NCBI GenBank assembly: GCA_965218095.1
Contig: OZ244587.1
Span: forward strand, 3,744,001-3,808,000
Length of the DNA: 64,000 nt
Reading direction: 5' to 3'
Source: Candidatus Poribacteria bacterium
Lineage (GTDB): Bacteria; Poribacteria; WGA-4E; PCPOR2b
Below the pieces are notes generated by a model. That model was not told where the DNA came from. It saw only the letters and a program-made list of their open reading frames with translations, and searched no databases. Shown here in pieces: positions 9,175-19,139 of this stretch. The translations under genes and the position numbers were made by a program. The first letter of the stretch is position 1. Each line of letters begins with the position of its first letter.

Positions 9175-10285
9175 GAGGGGTGTGCATAAATATAGTTGAC
9201 ATAATCAAGCCAAAAGGGTTTCCTATTGTTATCATAGCAAAAGGAGCCCCAATATGGTACAAAGACCAATGTTGGCTGATTATGTCACTCTTATTATGCA
9301 ACTCTTTGAGCAGTTTATGCAACACCGTATTGACAAACCAGGTGTCACACACGCAAAACCATTGACATATTCAACCACCTCGTTTATCATTTTCTTCATG
9401 TTGATGCAGTTTCACGGCATCTATGGCTTCAAAACGCAATGGCGGTGGCTAATCAATCACCCAGAAGTGTTACAAATGCTGGGGTGGCAACAGCCCCCTC
9501 ATCGAACCACGATTGCACGTCGCTATAAGGCATTATATGAAGTGATAGAGGCATTTGTATTGTTTATCGGTCAGTATGCCACTGACTTGTCCCAACAATT
9601 CAACTTGGCTCATCTGGTAGCCGACAAAAGTTTATTTAAGGCACGAGGACCCGTCTGGCATCAAACTGACCGCAAAGCAGGAAAAGCACCTAAACATCTA
9701 CGCAACCTCGACACCGATGCCACGTGGAGCAAGAGTGGTTATCATGGCTGGGTCTATGGCTACGGACTTCACATTATCTGCACACAAGGTGCGTTCCCAA
9801 CACTGATAACTGTGCACCGTGCGTCGGTCTCCGAAAGTTGGGCGATAGATGCTAAAGCGTCTGAGATTCTGACACAACTTTCACCGCAGACACTCACTGC
9901 CGATGATGCCTATACCCAAGCAGACCGTATCCGTCGTTGGGCGAAGGCACAAGTCGCTTTGATTACCCCGGCACTTAGATGGACAAAGGGACGGTTTGCC
10001 AAGGCGTATCATCGATTTATCAACCAACCCAAGCAGCGTCTCTGTTTAAGCAAACGTCGCAGTTCGGTTGAACCGTTGTTTGACTTGATTGCTAAAGTGA
10101 TAGGCACCACTCCTCAACAGAAGCAGTTACCGGTCAAGGGGTTTTTCAATGTACGCTGTTGTTTAGCTATCGGGGTGTTATCAGTGCAAGTGGCTATGAT
10201 TGCCAATGCCATATGGAAGTTACCTGCTCGCAATATCTCTCATATGGCGGCTGTTTTCCAATGAACTACTATGCACACCCCTCTA
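9175..10285 (+). mobile_element. DDE insertion sequence (IS4/IS5/IS982-like superfamily, family not assigned)
   Basis: 14-bp TIR GAGGGGTGTGCATA (9175) / TATGCACACCCCTC (10270-10283); 6-bp direct repeat TTAGTT on both sides. Confidence 0.9.
9254..10264 (+). CDS. DDE transposase
   Basis: VADKSL, DTDATWSKSGYHGWVYGYGLH, LTADDAY and RRSSVEPLF motifs; lies between the TIRs. Confidence 0.88.
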   Translation: MVQRPMLADYVTLIMQLFEQFMQHRIDKPGVTHAKPLTYSTTSFIIFFMLMQFHGIYGFKTQWRWLINHPEVLQMLGWQQPPHRTTIARRYKALYEVIEAFVLFIGQYATDLSQQFNLAHLVADKSLFKARGPVWHQTDRKAGKAPKHLRNLDTDATWSKSGYHGWVYGYGLHIICTQGAFPTLITVHRASVSESWAIDAKASEILTQLSPQTLTADDAYTQADRIRRWAKAQVALITPALRWTKGRFAKAYHRFINQPKQRLCLSKRRSSVEPLFDLIAKVIGTTPQQKQLPVKGFFNVRCCLAIGVLSVQVAMIANAIWKLPARNISHMAAVFQ

Positions 10286-10884
10286 TTAGTTATTCGTAAT
10301 GTGCCTATACACCTGTACGATAACTATGGTTACCTATATTCTGTATCAACTTCACGACTGGATTTGATCCCTTCACATTTGGAATTAGCCTATGTCTTAC
10401 GCCAGCCAGAACAAAAGGAACATCTATTGGCGGAGTTTATCTCTGAAGTCGAAAACAGATACCACCTGATATTCTTTGATTGTCCGCCAACTGAGTCGCT
10501 GTTTACTACCGCAGCGTATCTGGCGAGTGATTATCTGCTGGTGCCGGTCAAGCCTGAATTTCTGTCTACAGTTGGACTTCCATTGTTAGCTCGATCAATG
10601 AAAGACTTCAATGACAAATTCCCAGACAGAAAACTCCAGCTTGCAGGGATTGTTTTTAATACAGCCACAGAATATATTCCAGAAGAGATGCAAGCTAAAC
10701 AATGGGTGCGCCAACTGGCAGACAAGCATAACTGGCACGTATTTGAGAACGAAATAAGCTACTCACGTTCATACGCCAAGGGGGCACGCGAAGGCCAACC
10801 AATCTCCCGTACCTCCTATGCCAAGGGGTACCGGGTCGATGAGTTCCGTGCCTTCGCTCATGAATTCCAAGTTAGAATCGGCTT

Positions 10885-11412
10885 ATGATTACACGACAAC
10901 AGAAAGAACTATTGATAGACTTGGCTAAGTTATTCGACAAGTACGGCACAAAGCCGTTTGAGGAGCTTGCTGATCTGCTTTCCTCCCCTGAAACCATTCA
11001 ATTATGGGTGGATTTTCTAAGAGAGAGTTCGATCGCAGCTCAGGAAGCTGGATTTGAGCAGGGCGGTAAGCGGAAAGGGCGACCGCGCCGTGCCGTAAAG
11101 TTGGAATTGGAACGTATTAAGTCCGATGATCCAGAGAAACATAAAGCACTAACCCTGTTCCGTGATGTACTCTTGTCCAAAACCGTTCTGCCAAACCTGA
11201 GAGATATTCGTAACTTCGCGCAGGATCGCGGCTTGCCTGTGATAACAGCCAAGAGTCGCGAACAAGCAATATTCCCGCTCCTCCAATCAATGATTCCGTT
11301 GGATGCCGACGCAATCAATGAGATTACTGAGTCATTGCCGCACTCACACACGGAATCTTTTAACGACCTTGAGGGGTGGGCCAATATCATAATGGACAAG
11401 AAACGCGGGTGA
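10885..11412 (+). CDS. Hypothetical protein translationally coupled to ParA
   Basis: ATGA overlap with the ParA stop; 175 aa, no family recognised. Confidence 0.7.
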   Translation: MITRQQKELLIDLAKLFDKYGTKPFEELADLLSSPETIQLWVDFLRESSIAAQEAGFEQGGKRKGRPRRAVKLELERIKSDDPEKHKALTLFRDVLLSKTVLPNLRDIRNFAQDRGLPVITAKSREQAIFPLLQSMIPLDADAINEITESLPHSHTESFNDLEGWANIIMDKKRG

Positions 11413-11581
11413 TTGAAATTTTGCGATATAGACCACTCAGATAGGAGGGGCATCCCCCATCCTTCCTCTCTTTTTTCTTGCCCAACCAACTCCTATTCTC
11501 AATCCAAATTCCAAGAACAGTGGATCTACTGTTCTTTTTTCCTTACATAACCGTTGCTTTAACAACTCAGAGGAGATATCA

Positions 11582-12262
11582 ATGCTAGACAATAACGTAT
11601 TTTTAGGTGAACTCACACGGAAAGAACTAGGGGAAGCCATCTCCAGCGGCACTGTGAAAGGGGCGATTGTCCCAACAGGTGCCTGTGAACAGCATCAAGA
11701 CCATCTGGCGATGATTCACGATACCGCTAGTGTCACAGAAATTGCCAAACGCGCTGCGACGAACTTTTATCCCCATGTGCTAGTCACACCCACCGTCTCT
11801 ATGTCGGTGTCGGAACACCACATGGATCGCGGCGGCGCGTTGACGATACGTCCGGAGATCCATCTTGAATATGTCCACGATGTATGTCATAGCCTGAAAC
11901 GGTTGGGCGTCCCAAAAGTCATGGTGCTCAACGGACACGGCGGCAACAAGCGACAGAATCTTGAGCCCGTCGCTCCCGACCAGATGAAGAGGCTCGATGA
12001 CATGGATGTCACGTATGTGACCTATTGGGAGACTGCCCCGCAATCCTTTTATGAGGCGAATCTGGAGTTGGAGCGGAGCGCAGGCCACGCAGGCGAGTTT
12101 GAGACCTCATTTGCGATGGTCGTTTTTCCGGAGCGCATCCGGACGGAGGAGGTCAATTATGACAACGCAAAATTGGCAAGCATCCCCAAGGGCGGACATA
12201 TTCTCAACGCTGTCGTCGAAGGTGTCACGGAGGAAGTTCGGCGGATGCTGGATGAAACGTAA
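11582..12262 (+). CDS. Creatininase/MftE family amidohydrolase
   Basis: PTGACEQHQDHL, SEHH, LNGHGGN and GHAGEFETS motifs; GAGGAG RBS. Confidence 0.92.
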   Translation: MLDNNVFLGELTRKELGEAISSGTVKGAIVPTGACEQHQDHLAMIHDTASVTEIAKRAATNFYPHVLVTPTVSMSVSEHHMDRGGALTIRPEIHLEYVHDVCHSLKRLGVPKVMVLNGHGGNKRQNLEPVAPDQMKRLDDMDVTYVTYWETAPQSFYEANLELERSAGHAGEFETSFAMVVFPERIRTEEVNYDNAKLASIPKGGHILNAVVEGVTEEVRRMLDET

Positions 12263-12353
12263 GAGCCAGTAAGAAACCGAATGTTTCAGAAAAACTCGAT
12301 TTCTGGGCATGTCCCACGGACGTGGCTTCCGTGGGCAAAGGAGGAGATTTGCA

Positions 12354-13226
12354 GTGGCTACATACAGTTTAGCTTCTGGGCTTTTCGTTTTTGACAAAGA
12401 GAACCAGGTAACAGGCACCCCGGTAGCGGTGCTGGAGTCAATCGCTGCCGCCGGTTTCCGCGAAACCGAGTTGATGGCTGAAGGAGACGAGTGGCAGACA
12501 CCCGGTTCTCACAACGCCAGGCAGTGCCGCGAGGCGCTAGAGCGGCTTGAGATTTTTCCACACACGATACACACACCAATGTCCGGCGTGAACTTAGCGA
12601 GTTCGGATGAGGGGGTGCGAATTGACAGCGTTGCGCGTATTGCGGACGCGATGCAGTTTCTGGCAGAATTGGGCGGGCGGACAGCTATCGTGCATCCGAC
12701 GGGAAGGGCAGTCTCCGGAGAGCCGCCCTACGCGCTGGAAAACATCGGGGCTGCGATGGAGCATACGCATCGCTCTGTGACGGAGTTAGTCAAAGTGGCG
12801 GAGGAGACCGGTGTCCGCATTGCGCTGGAGAATCTACCGAACACAGGTCTGGCTTGTCGTCCACTCATGTCGATGCAAGAGTTGCGAGCGTTTATCACTG
12901 ATTTCCCGTCTCAACATGTGGGGCTTTGCCTCGACACAGGACACGCCTGCATCAGCGGACTGGATCCAGCGGAACAGGCGCGGATCGCTTCGGAAAGGCT
13001 TTATGCCCTGCACATACAAGACGTTGATGGACAGAACGACTGTCACTGGGTTCCGGGACATGGCGTTATTGACTGGTCTGCTGTGGGAGCGGCGCTTTTG
13101 GACATCGGCTTCGATGGCGCATGGACAATAGAGGCGCTATCTGGACGTACAAATGCTACGGCGGAACAGGTTGCTGCTGAGTGCGCAGCTTTATGCGAAC
13201 GTTGGGAAGTAAGCGGGATGTCTTAG
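12354..13226 (+). CDS. Sugar phosphate isomerase/epimerase (AP endonuclease 2 TIM-barrel) family
   Basis: IALENLP, LCLDTGH, LHIQD, HWVPGHG and WTIE metal motifs; GTG start after GGAGGAG. Confidence 0.88.
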   Translation: MATYSLASGLFVFDKENQVTGTPVAVLESIAAAGFRETELMAEGDEWQTPGSHNARQCREALERLEIFPHTIHTPMSGVNLASSDEGVRIDSVARIADAMQFLAELGGRTAIVHPTGRAVSGEPPYALENIGAAMEHTHRSVTELVKVAEETGVRIALENLPNTGLACRPLMSMQELRAFITDFPSQHVGLCLDTGHACISGLDPAEQARIASERLYALHIQDVDGQNDCHWVPGHGVIDWSAVGAALLDIGFDGAWTIEALSGRTNATAEQVAAECAALCERWEVSGMS

Positions 13227-13251
13227 TTGTGATACCCATAAGGAATTACGC

Positions 13252-13964
13252 ATGATCTCGATCGCGGCGACGACACCGTTTACCGCACCACCCACCTGGG
13301 CCATACTCGAGCAGCAGTTGTTTGACATCATGGACCAATCGGTGCACCCGTTCCTGGAGAAGTATACTCATCCGGACAGGAGCCTGATCGGTGGCGAGCA
13401 TATCGGCGGCAGCGAGGACGACTTCTACGAGAGCTTCTACAATTGGCCCCTGCTCTATCTTCTGGGCGGTGGAGATGGTTTGTCAGATCTGGGATCTGGG
13501 AGCGCGGCAATGGAACGCCATCACCCACCAATTGACCAAAATGGGGCTGGTCCACAAGGAATACGCACGGCGCGGTGATCAGTTCCATCAGGCTGAGAGC
13601 GACATCCCGAAAGCGCCCCAGTCTGCCCAGAGATGTCGCCGCGCTAGTCGGAACACTTGAAGCAGACCGCACGGTGCTACAGTTGATAAACCTGAGTCCC
13701 TTTGACACCAAGAAAGTCATTGTGCAGGCAGGTGCATTCGGTGAACATCGATTTACAAAGGGGCGGTATTCTCATCGCACGAGTGAGTACCCCGGACAAA
13801 TCGAGGCCTATGCCGCACCACCTGTGGAACAGGAGACTCGAACTGTCTCTGTACAAAATGCGCACCTGCAGATCGTTTTGCCGCCTGCGACCGAAATTAC
13901 ACTTGACTTGGGAACAACTCGATTCGTTAATCGTCTGTCCGCTGCCCTTCCTTGGGCAACCTGA
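13252..13964 (+). pseudogene. Fragmented hypothetical protein (frameshift, probable large internal deletion)
   Basis: Three overlapping frames (DDFYESFYNWPLLYLLGG / RQWNAITHQLT / LPRDVAALV...VQAGAFGEH); 7-bp tandem duplication GATCTGG near 13485 shifts the frame. Confidence 0.65.
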
Positions 13965-13980
13965 TGCGAGGAAGAAAAAA

Positions 13981-14868
13981 ATGCAAAAGAACAGACGTAT
14001 CTTTGAAATCCGTGGCCCGGTTTCGCCGGATCGCAACTACGTTGTCCCGCGCACGGCGGCAATCGCCGATCTTGTCAACCGATTGGCGCAGGTTTTGATG
14101 GAAGATATGGACATTTCGCTTGATGAAACGATACGACCAATATCTGTCGGGACAAACGATTTGAGACTATCTTGATGGGGACCTGCTCGTATAAGAGAGG
14201 GGTTGCCTTCAACGTTCGCAACGAGTTCATCAGCGAATTGGCGACCTACGGCGTCGTGAAGGAGGGGGCTGACGGTATGTGCAAAATTGCCAACCCAATT
14301 TACCAATACTGCATCATGCAGGCGTTCTAGCCGCTTTTTAATGGACTGGAGCGGGACTACCTTCCCGAAGATACCGATGGAAGTTTTTTCGATTACTTGA
14401 CACCCGACGGGAAGATTGACATGTAGGCGCTCATAGCCAACTTCCGCGATTTCATCGCTCATGCGGGGTATCGTATCCTCGAAGTGCCAGAAACACCCCA
14501 AGAGTTTGTTGGGCAGTATCTTCTGTTTGCCTATCTTGATTAGTTCGTCCGTCAAGTGCGCGGATTCATGTGCTTCGAAGCCCGCACGGGGCGTGGGCGA
14601 ATAGACCTAATCATCCTCTACGGAGGGGAAGTACATCGTCGAAACCAAGATCTAGGAAGGGAAAAGCCCCTATGGCGCGGGCAAACGTCAATTGGCGGAA
14701 TATCTCAAACTGGAAGGCGTAACTGAGGGGTACTATATCGTGTTTGATCACCGTTCAAAGCCCCAAGTGCAGGCAGAGGAGGAGAAAGTCGAAAGAAGGT
14801 CCATTGTGAGCTACACCATCCCTGTCGTGCAAAAAAGACTGTCTCATGTGACAAAGTTAGAGGGTTGA
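13981..14868 (+). pseudogene. Decayed AAA-like ATPase / PD-(D/E)XK nuclease protein
   Basis: N-terminus FEIRGPVSPDRNYVVPR; C-terminal IANPIY, GRGRIDLII, YIVETKI, GKRQLAEYL; multiple in-frame stops and frameshifts, P-loop region missing. Confidence 0.75.
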
Positions 14869-14966
14869 TGAAGTATGTGAAGAATGAAAACTTGGCCTGT
14901 GGAAAAACGAAGTCTTAACCTGCCTGAAAGCCTTAATTTCGTATTAGAAATAGAGACTTAATAGAT

Positions 14967-15860
14967 ATGTTGACGCCATCGCAAATTGACGAATTTCATC
15001 GCAACGGTTTCCTCAACGGCGGTCGCATCCTCAACGATGACGAATTAGACGACCTGCGGGCAGATCTAGATCGCGTCATGGAGAAGGGCCCGGACGGCTT
15101 TACCGCAGACGAACCGCGTCCAGTGCGATTTAGCAACATGTCCGCTAGGCGCGAACAGGACAGTGAACGCGCTGTCTGGCAGATCGTCAATATCTGGGAG
15201 GCGGCGCCGGCTTTTGGGTGGCTGATCTACCACCCGTTCATCGTTAAGGCGATCAGCCAGTTGACGGACGCGCCTGATTTAATGGTTTGGCACGACCAGA
15301 TTCAGTACAAACCTGCCCACCATGGTGGGGCAACCCGGTGGCACCAGGATGCGCCGCTGTGGCCGATTATCCTTCCAATGACACCGGTGTCTGCCTGGAT
15401 TCCGCTCGACGACGCCGACGAGGAAAACGGCTGCATGTGGATGGTGCCTGGAAGCTACAAATGGGGAAACCAGATCGATTTTCTCCGCACCCAGAATCAT
15501 CTCGCTCAGCGCGAAGAATTCATGAACATTCAAGGCTTCACCCCGCCAGCCGATGCGGAAGTCAGCATTGTGGCGCCGCAGCCATGGCCGATCAAGAAAG
15601 GCGAGGTGTCGTTCCACCATTCGCTGGCCTGGCACGGTTCGCCCTTCAATCGCTCAGATCGTCCACGGCGAGCGATTGCCGTCCACTACATGACCGGGGA
15701 GTCGCGTTTTGTCGCTAGCGGCGAGCATGTGATGAAGCAGTTTGTGGACTTGGACGACGGGGCGCCCATGGCCGAAGCAGGTGACCATTTCCCGACAGTC
15801 TGCCGGAACGGCGAACCGGTCGGTGTTCCGGTGGGGTTGCAAACTTCAAAGACAAATTAG
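14967..15860 (+). CDS. Phytanoyl-CoA dioxygenase (PhyH) family 2OG-Fe(II) oxygenase
   Basis: WHQD HxD motif, SAWIPLDDADEENGC, WHGS and RRA. Confidence 0.93.
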   Translation: MLTPSQIDEFHRNGFLNGGRILNDDELDDLRADLDRVMEKGPDGFTADEPRPVRFSNMSARREQDSERAVWQIVNIWEAAPAFGWLIYHPFIVKAISQLTDAPDLMVWHDQIQYKPAHHGGATRWHQDAPLWPIILPMTPVSAWIPLDDADEENGCMWMVPGSYKWGNQIDFLRTQNHLAQREEFMNIQGFTPPADAEVSIVAPQPWPIKKGEVSFHHSLAWHGSPFNRSDRPRRAIAVHYMTGESRFVASGEHVMKQFVDLDDGAPMAEAGDHFPTVCRNGEPVGVPVGLQTSKTN

Positions 15861-15946
15861 GCGTCTTTTGGAGGAAAATTCGATTCAAGAGTACCCACGA
15901 AATTATTGGGGCGTAATTCAACACCACTTTCAATTTGGAAAAATCT

Positions 15947-16894
15947 ATGACTTCCCAGAAAAAAACAGGTTTTGTGTACCACGCCGATTATCTGAAACAC
16001 GATACAGGTGTACACCTTGAGCGTCCAGAGCGGCTGATGGCGATCATCAAAGCGCTTCAAGCCTCAGATTTTTGGACAGATCTGTATCAGATCGAGCCGA
16101 CCCCTGCGACGGTTGATCAAATCTGCTATGCACACACCAGAGGGGCTGTTGATCGGGTCAAGCAGTACTCTGAACAAAACATCCCCCTCGATTACGATAC
16201 GCCAGTTTCACCCGCATCGTTCGACATCGCGCTTCTCTCCACCGGTGGTGTGTTGAGAGCAGCCGATGCTGTCATGGTGGGTGCCGTTAGCAATGCTTTC
16301 GCACTTGTCCGCCCGCCCGGACATCACGCTGTCCCATATTGCAGCATGGGCTTCTGTTTGTTCAATAACGTTGCGATCACGGCTCGGCACTTGCAGCGTG
16401 AGTATGGCATCGACAAAATCGCAATTGTGGATTGGGACGTACATCACGGCAACGGAACACAGGATATTTTTTATGATGACCCATCCGTCTTTTTCTTCTC
16501 AATCCATCAGTCGCCGCTCTACCCCGGCTCAGGGATGGTTAACGAGACGGGAACTGGTGAAGCCGTTGGCACAACTTTGAATGCACCCATGCGTGCGGGC
16601 AGTGATACAAGCGACTGTATCGAAGTGTTCAAAACGAAGCTCAAGCCGGCGCTCCTCGATTTTTCGCCGGATTTCGTTCTCATCTCAGCCGGGTTTGATG
16701 CACACTGTTTAGATCCCCTGGCTGCAATCAACATGACAGCGGAGGGCTTTGCAACCCTGACTGACATCGTTGCTGAGATTGCAGCGGAAACCTGTGAGGG
16801 ACGCCTAGTTTCGGCATTGGAAGGTGGATATAGCATCAAAGGGCTATCAGAATCGGTCGTTGCTCATGTTGAAGGGTTGATGCAGCGCTCGTGA
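15947..16894 (+). CDS. Histone deacetylase / acetylpolyamine amidohydrolase family protein
   Basis: RPPGHHA, GFCLFNN, DWDVHHGNGTQ, ISAGFDAH and LEGGY motifs. Confidence 0.95.
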   Translation: MTSQKKTGFVYHADYLKHDTGVHLERPERLMAIIKALQASDFWTDLYQIEPTPATVDQICYAHTRGAVDRVKQYSEQNIPLDYDTPVSPASFDIALLSTGGVLRAADAVMVGAVSNAFALVRPPGHHAVPYCSMGFCLFNNVAITARHLQREYGIDKIAIVDWDVHHGNGTQDIFYDDPSVFFFSIHQSPLYPGSGMVNETGTGEAVGTTLNAPMRAGSDTSDCIEVFKTKLKPALLDFSPDFVLISAGFDAHCLDPLAAINMTAEGFATLTDIVAEIAAETCEGRLVSALEGGYSIKGLSESVVAHVEGLMQRS

Positions 16895-17044
16895 TAGGGG
16901 TTTGGAAGATAAAAAATGCGAGCGCTTTGTTACACAACATCTGACAGGGTGGTAAGGTTTTGATACGCCTTCGGCTGCTCAACCGGGCGGATTCTATCTT
17001 GGTTCTTCAGCGGAATGACCAATCGCACAAGCCGTTAAATAATA

Positions 17045-17095
17045 ACCCAAGTTGCCACCTATCGGAAAACTTTCTTGGTAAGTAGCAACTTGGAT
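17045..17095. mobile_element. 51-bp MITE derived from the IS982-family element
   Basis: Ends ACCCAAGTTGC / GCAACTTGGAT match the IS at 29445-30385; 9-bp direct repeat TAAATAATA. Confidence 0.88.
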
Positions 17096-17167
17096 TAAAT
17101 AATAGACTTTAATAAGATTTCAGGTTTTCGATGGATTGTCAAGCTAATATCTATAGAGGAGTAAGTT

Positions 17168-19114
17168 ATGTCACAAACCAAAAATTCCGATCGATGGGAC
17201 ACGCGTTCCGTGAATCATCCATTAGAGCCTTTAGCCGCAGATGAAATTAAGCTGGCAGTCAGCATTCTGCGGCGCCAGCAGCAACTGCCGGATACTGCCC
17301 GTTTCTCTTATATCGCTCTTAAAGATCCAGCTAAGTCGTCGGCCTGGAATCATATTGATGGTAAACCATTTGACCGAGAGGTCTTCTGTATCATTCTGGA
17401 CAGAGCGACGGCTCAGACTTATGAAGCAGTGGTTTGTTTAGTCAATAAAGAAGTTAAATCCTACGTTCATCGCCCGGGAGTCCAATCCTCTATCACGTTG
17501 GACGAATTTGCCGAATGTGAGAAAATTATCAAGGCAGATTCCAAGGTTCGGGCCGCGTTGAAACTGAGAGGGATTGAAGATACAAGCCTTATCATGTGCG
17601 ATCCTTGGTCTGCCGGAAACTACGGCTACCCTGACGAAGAGGGTAGACGCCTGGTCCGCGCAATGTGCTGGCTCAAAACAAGCCTGGAGGATAATGGCTA
17701 TGCCCGCCCTATTGAGGGTGTTGTCCCGGTTGTTGATCTGACCGAAATGCGGATTGTCAGAGTCGATGATTACGGCGTGGTACCTTTGCCTCTTGAGGAC
17801 GGCAATTACGCCGCAAGCTATATTAAACATTTCCGGACTGACCTGAAACCTATTAAGATTACTCAGCCTGAGGGGTTCAGCTTTAAAGTTGATGGTCACC
17901 ATATATCATGGCAGAAATGGTCTTTGCGCATCGGTTTTAACCCGCGCGAGGGACTTGTTCTATATACTGTGGCGTATGATGACGATGACACGGTCCGGCC
18001 TGTACTCTATCGAGCCTCACTTGCCGAAATGGTGGTACCATACGCGGATCCGAGTGGTAACCACTATCGGAAAAATGCCTTTGATGTGGGTGAATATGGC
18101 GTCGGTATGATGGCAAACTCGCTGGCTATCGGCTGTGACTGCCTCGGTGAAATTTATTATTTCGACGCTGTTATGCACAATTCACTCGGAGAACCTATGG
18201 TCATTCCGAACGCAGTATGCATGCACGAGGAGGATTACGGCATCCTCTGGAAGCATATGGACTGGCGAACTGAGGCGACAGAAGTGCGACGCTCGCGCCG
18301 ACTTGTAATATCTTTCGTCGCCACTGCCGGCAACTATGAATATGGTTTCTTCTGGTACTTCTACCAAGACGGTTCAATTCAATATGAAGTCAAACTGACA
18401 GGCATTTGCAATACCGCCGCTGTCCCCGAAGGCGAGAGGCCGAAATATGGAAGACTAGTGGCGCCCCAGTTGAACGCTCAAATCCACCAGCATTTCTTCA
18501 ACATGCGACTCAACATGGCGATTGATGGCGCTGAGAATTCAGTGGTTGAGGTCAATACCTATCCAGAGCCAATGGGAGAAACCAACCCGCATGGTAATGC
18601 GCACCACGCCGAGGAAACCGTGCTTAAGACGGAATCTGAAGCGCAGCGAGATCTGAACGGTGAAACCCAGCGCTACTGGAGATTCATCAACCCTGATAAA
18701 ACCAATCGACTGGGAGACCCTGTCGGCTATCGCCTCCTCGGCGTTGAGACCACAAAGCCATTTGCGCATCCTGAAGCTAGCGTCTCGAAGCGCGCAGGTT
18801 TCATGAATCATCATTTGTGGGTCACGCCCTATAATCCGGTGGAAAGGTATCCTGCAGGCGATCACCCCAACCAGAACCCTGGCGGTGATGGCTTGCCTAG
18901 GTGGATATCAGCCAACAGGAACATCGAAAACACCGATATTGTGGCCTGGTATACTTTCGCTCACCATCATATTCCGCGACTTGAGGATTGGCCTGTTATG
19001 TCGGTCTCCTGTTGTGGATTTTGGCTCAAGCCTTGCGGCTTCTTCGATCGGAATCCCGCCCTCGACGTTCCGCCTTCGAGCAAGGCTCATGAGACGTGCT
19101 ACAATGCCGAGTGA
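17168..19114 (+). CDS. tynA: Copper-containing primary amine oxidase
   Basis: HPLEPL N-terminus, TPQ consensus GNYEY, Cu ligands HQH and HHI, EDWPVM, FFDRNPALDVP. Confidence 0.93.
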   Translation: MSQTKNSDRWDTRSVNHPLEPLAADEIKLAVSILRRQQQLPDTARFSYIALKDPAKSSAWNHIDGKPFDREVFCIILDRATAQTYEAVVCLVNKEVKSYVHRPGVQSSITLDEFAECEKIIKADSKVRAALKLRGIEDTSLIMCDPWSAGNYGYPDEEGRRLVRAMCWLKTSLEDNGYARPIEGVVPVVDLTEMRIVRVDDYGVVPLPLEDGNYAASYIKHFRTDLKPIKITQPEGFSFKVDGHHISWQKWSLRIGFNPREGLVLYTVAYDDDDTVRPVLYRASLAEMVVPYADPSGNHYRKNAFDVGEYGVGMMANSLAIGCDCLGEIYYFDAVMHNSLGEPMVIPNAVCMHEEDYGILWKHMDWRTEATEVRRSRRLVISFVATAGNYEYGFFWYFYQDGSIQYEVKLTGICNTAAVPEGERPKYGRLVAPQLNAQIHQHFFNMRLNMAIDGAENSVVEVNTYPEPMGETNPHGNAHHAEETVLKTESEAQRDLNGETQRYWRFINPDKTNRLGDPVGYRLLGVETTKPFAHPEASVSKRAGFMNHHLWVTPYNPVERYPAGDHPNQNPGGDGLPRWISANRNIENTDIVAWYTFAHHHIPRLEDWPVMSVSCCGFWLKPCGFFDRNPALDVPPSSKAHETCYNAE

Positions 19115-19139
19115 ATGGATTTGTTGAAAGGGATTTTCC

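Larger units (their letters stand above)
8899..10888 (+). pseudogene. ParA/Soj family ATPase interrupted by an IS (8899-9174 + 10292-10888)
   Basis: Deviant Walker [11 protein letters not shown] and DLDPQFN in the 5' part, FFDCPP and LVPVKPEFLS in the 3' part. Removing the IS and one TTAGTT copy restores a 290-aa frame (DHNLV-IRNVP). Confidence 0.9.

Noticed and set aside
14320-14660. Four in-frame TAG codons in the AAA/PD-(D/E)XK remnant, suggesting amber recoding
   Set aside because: They appear to replace different residues (K, Q/E, Q, W), the region also has frameshifts and a deletion, and TAG ends normal genes in this window; ordinary decay.
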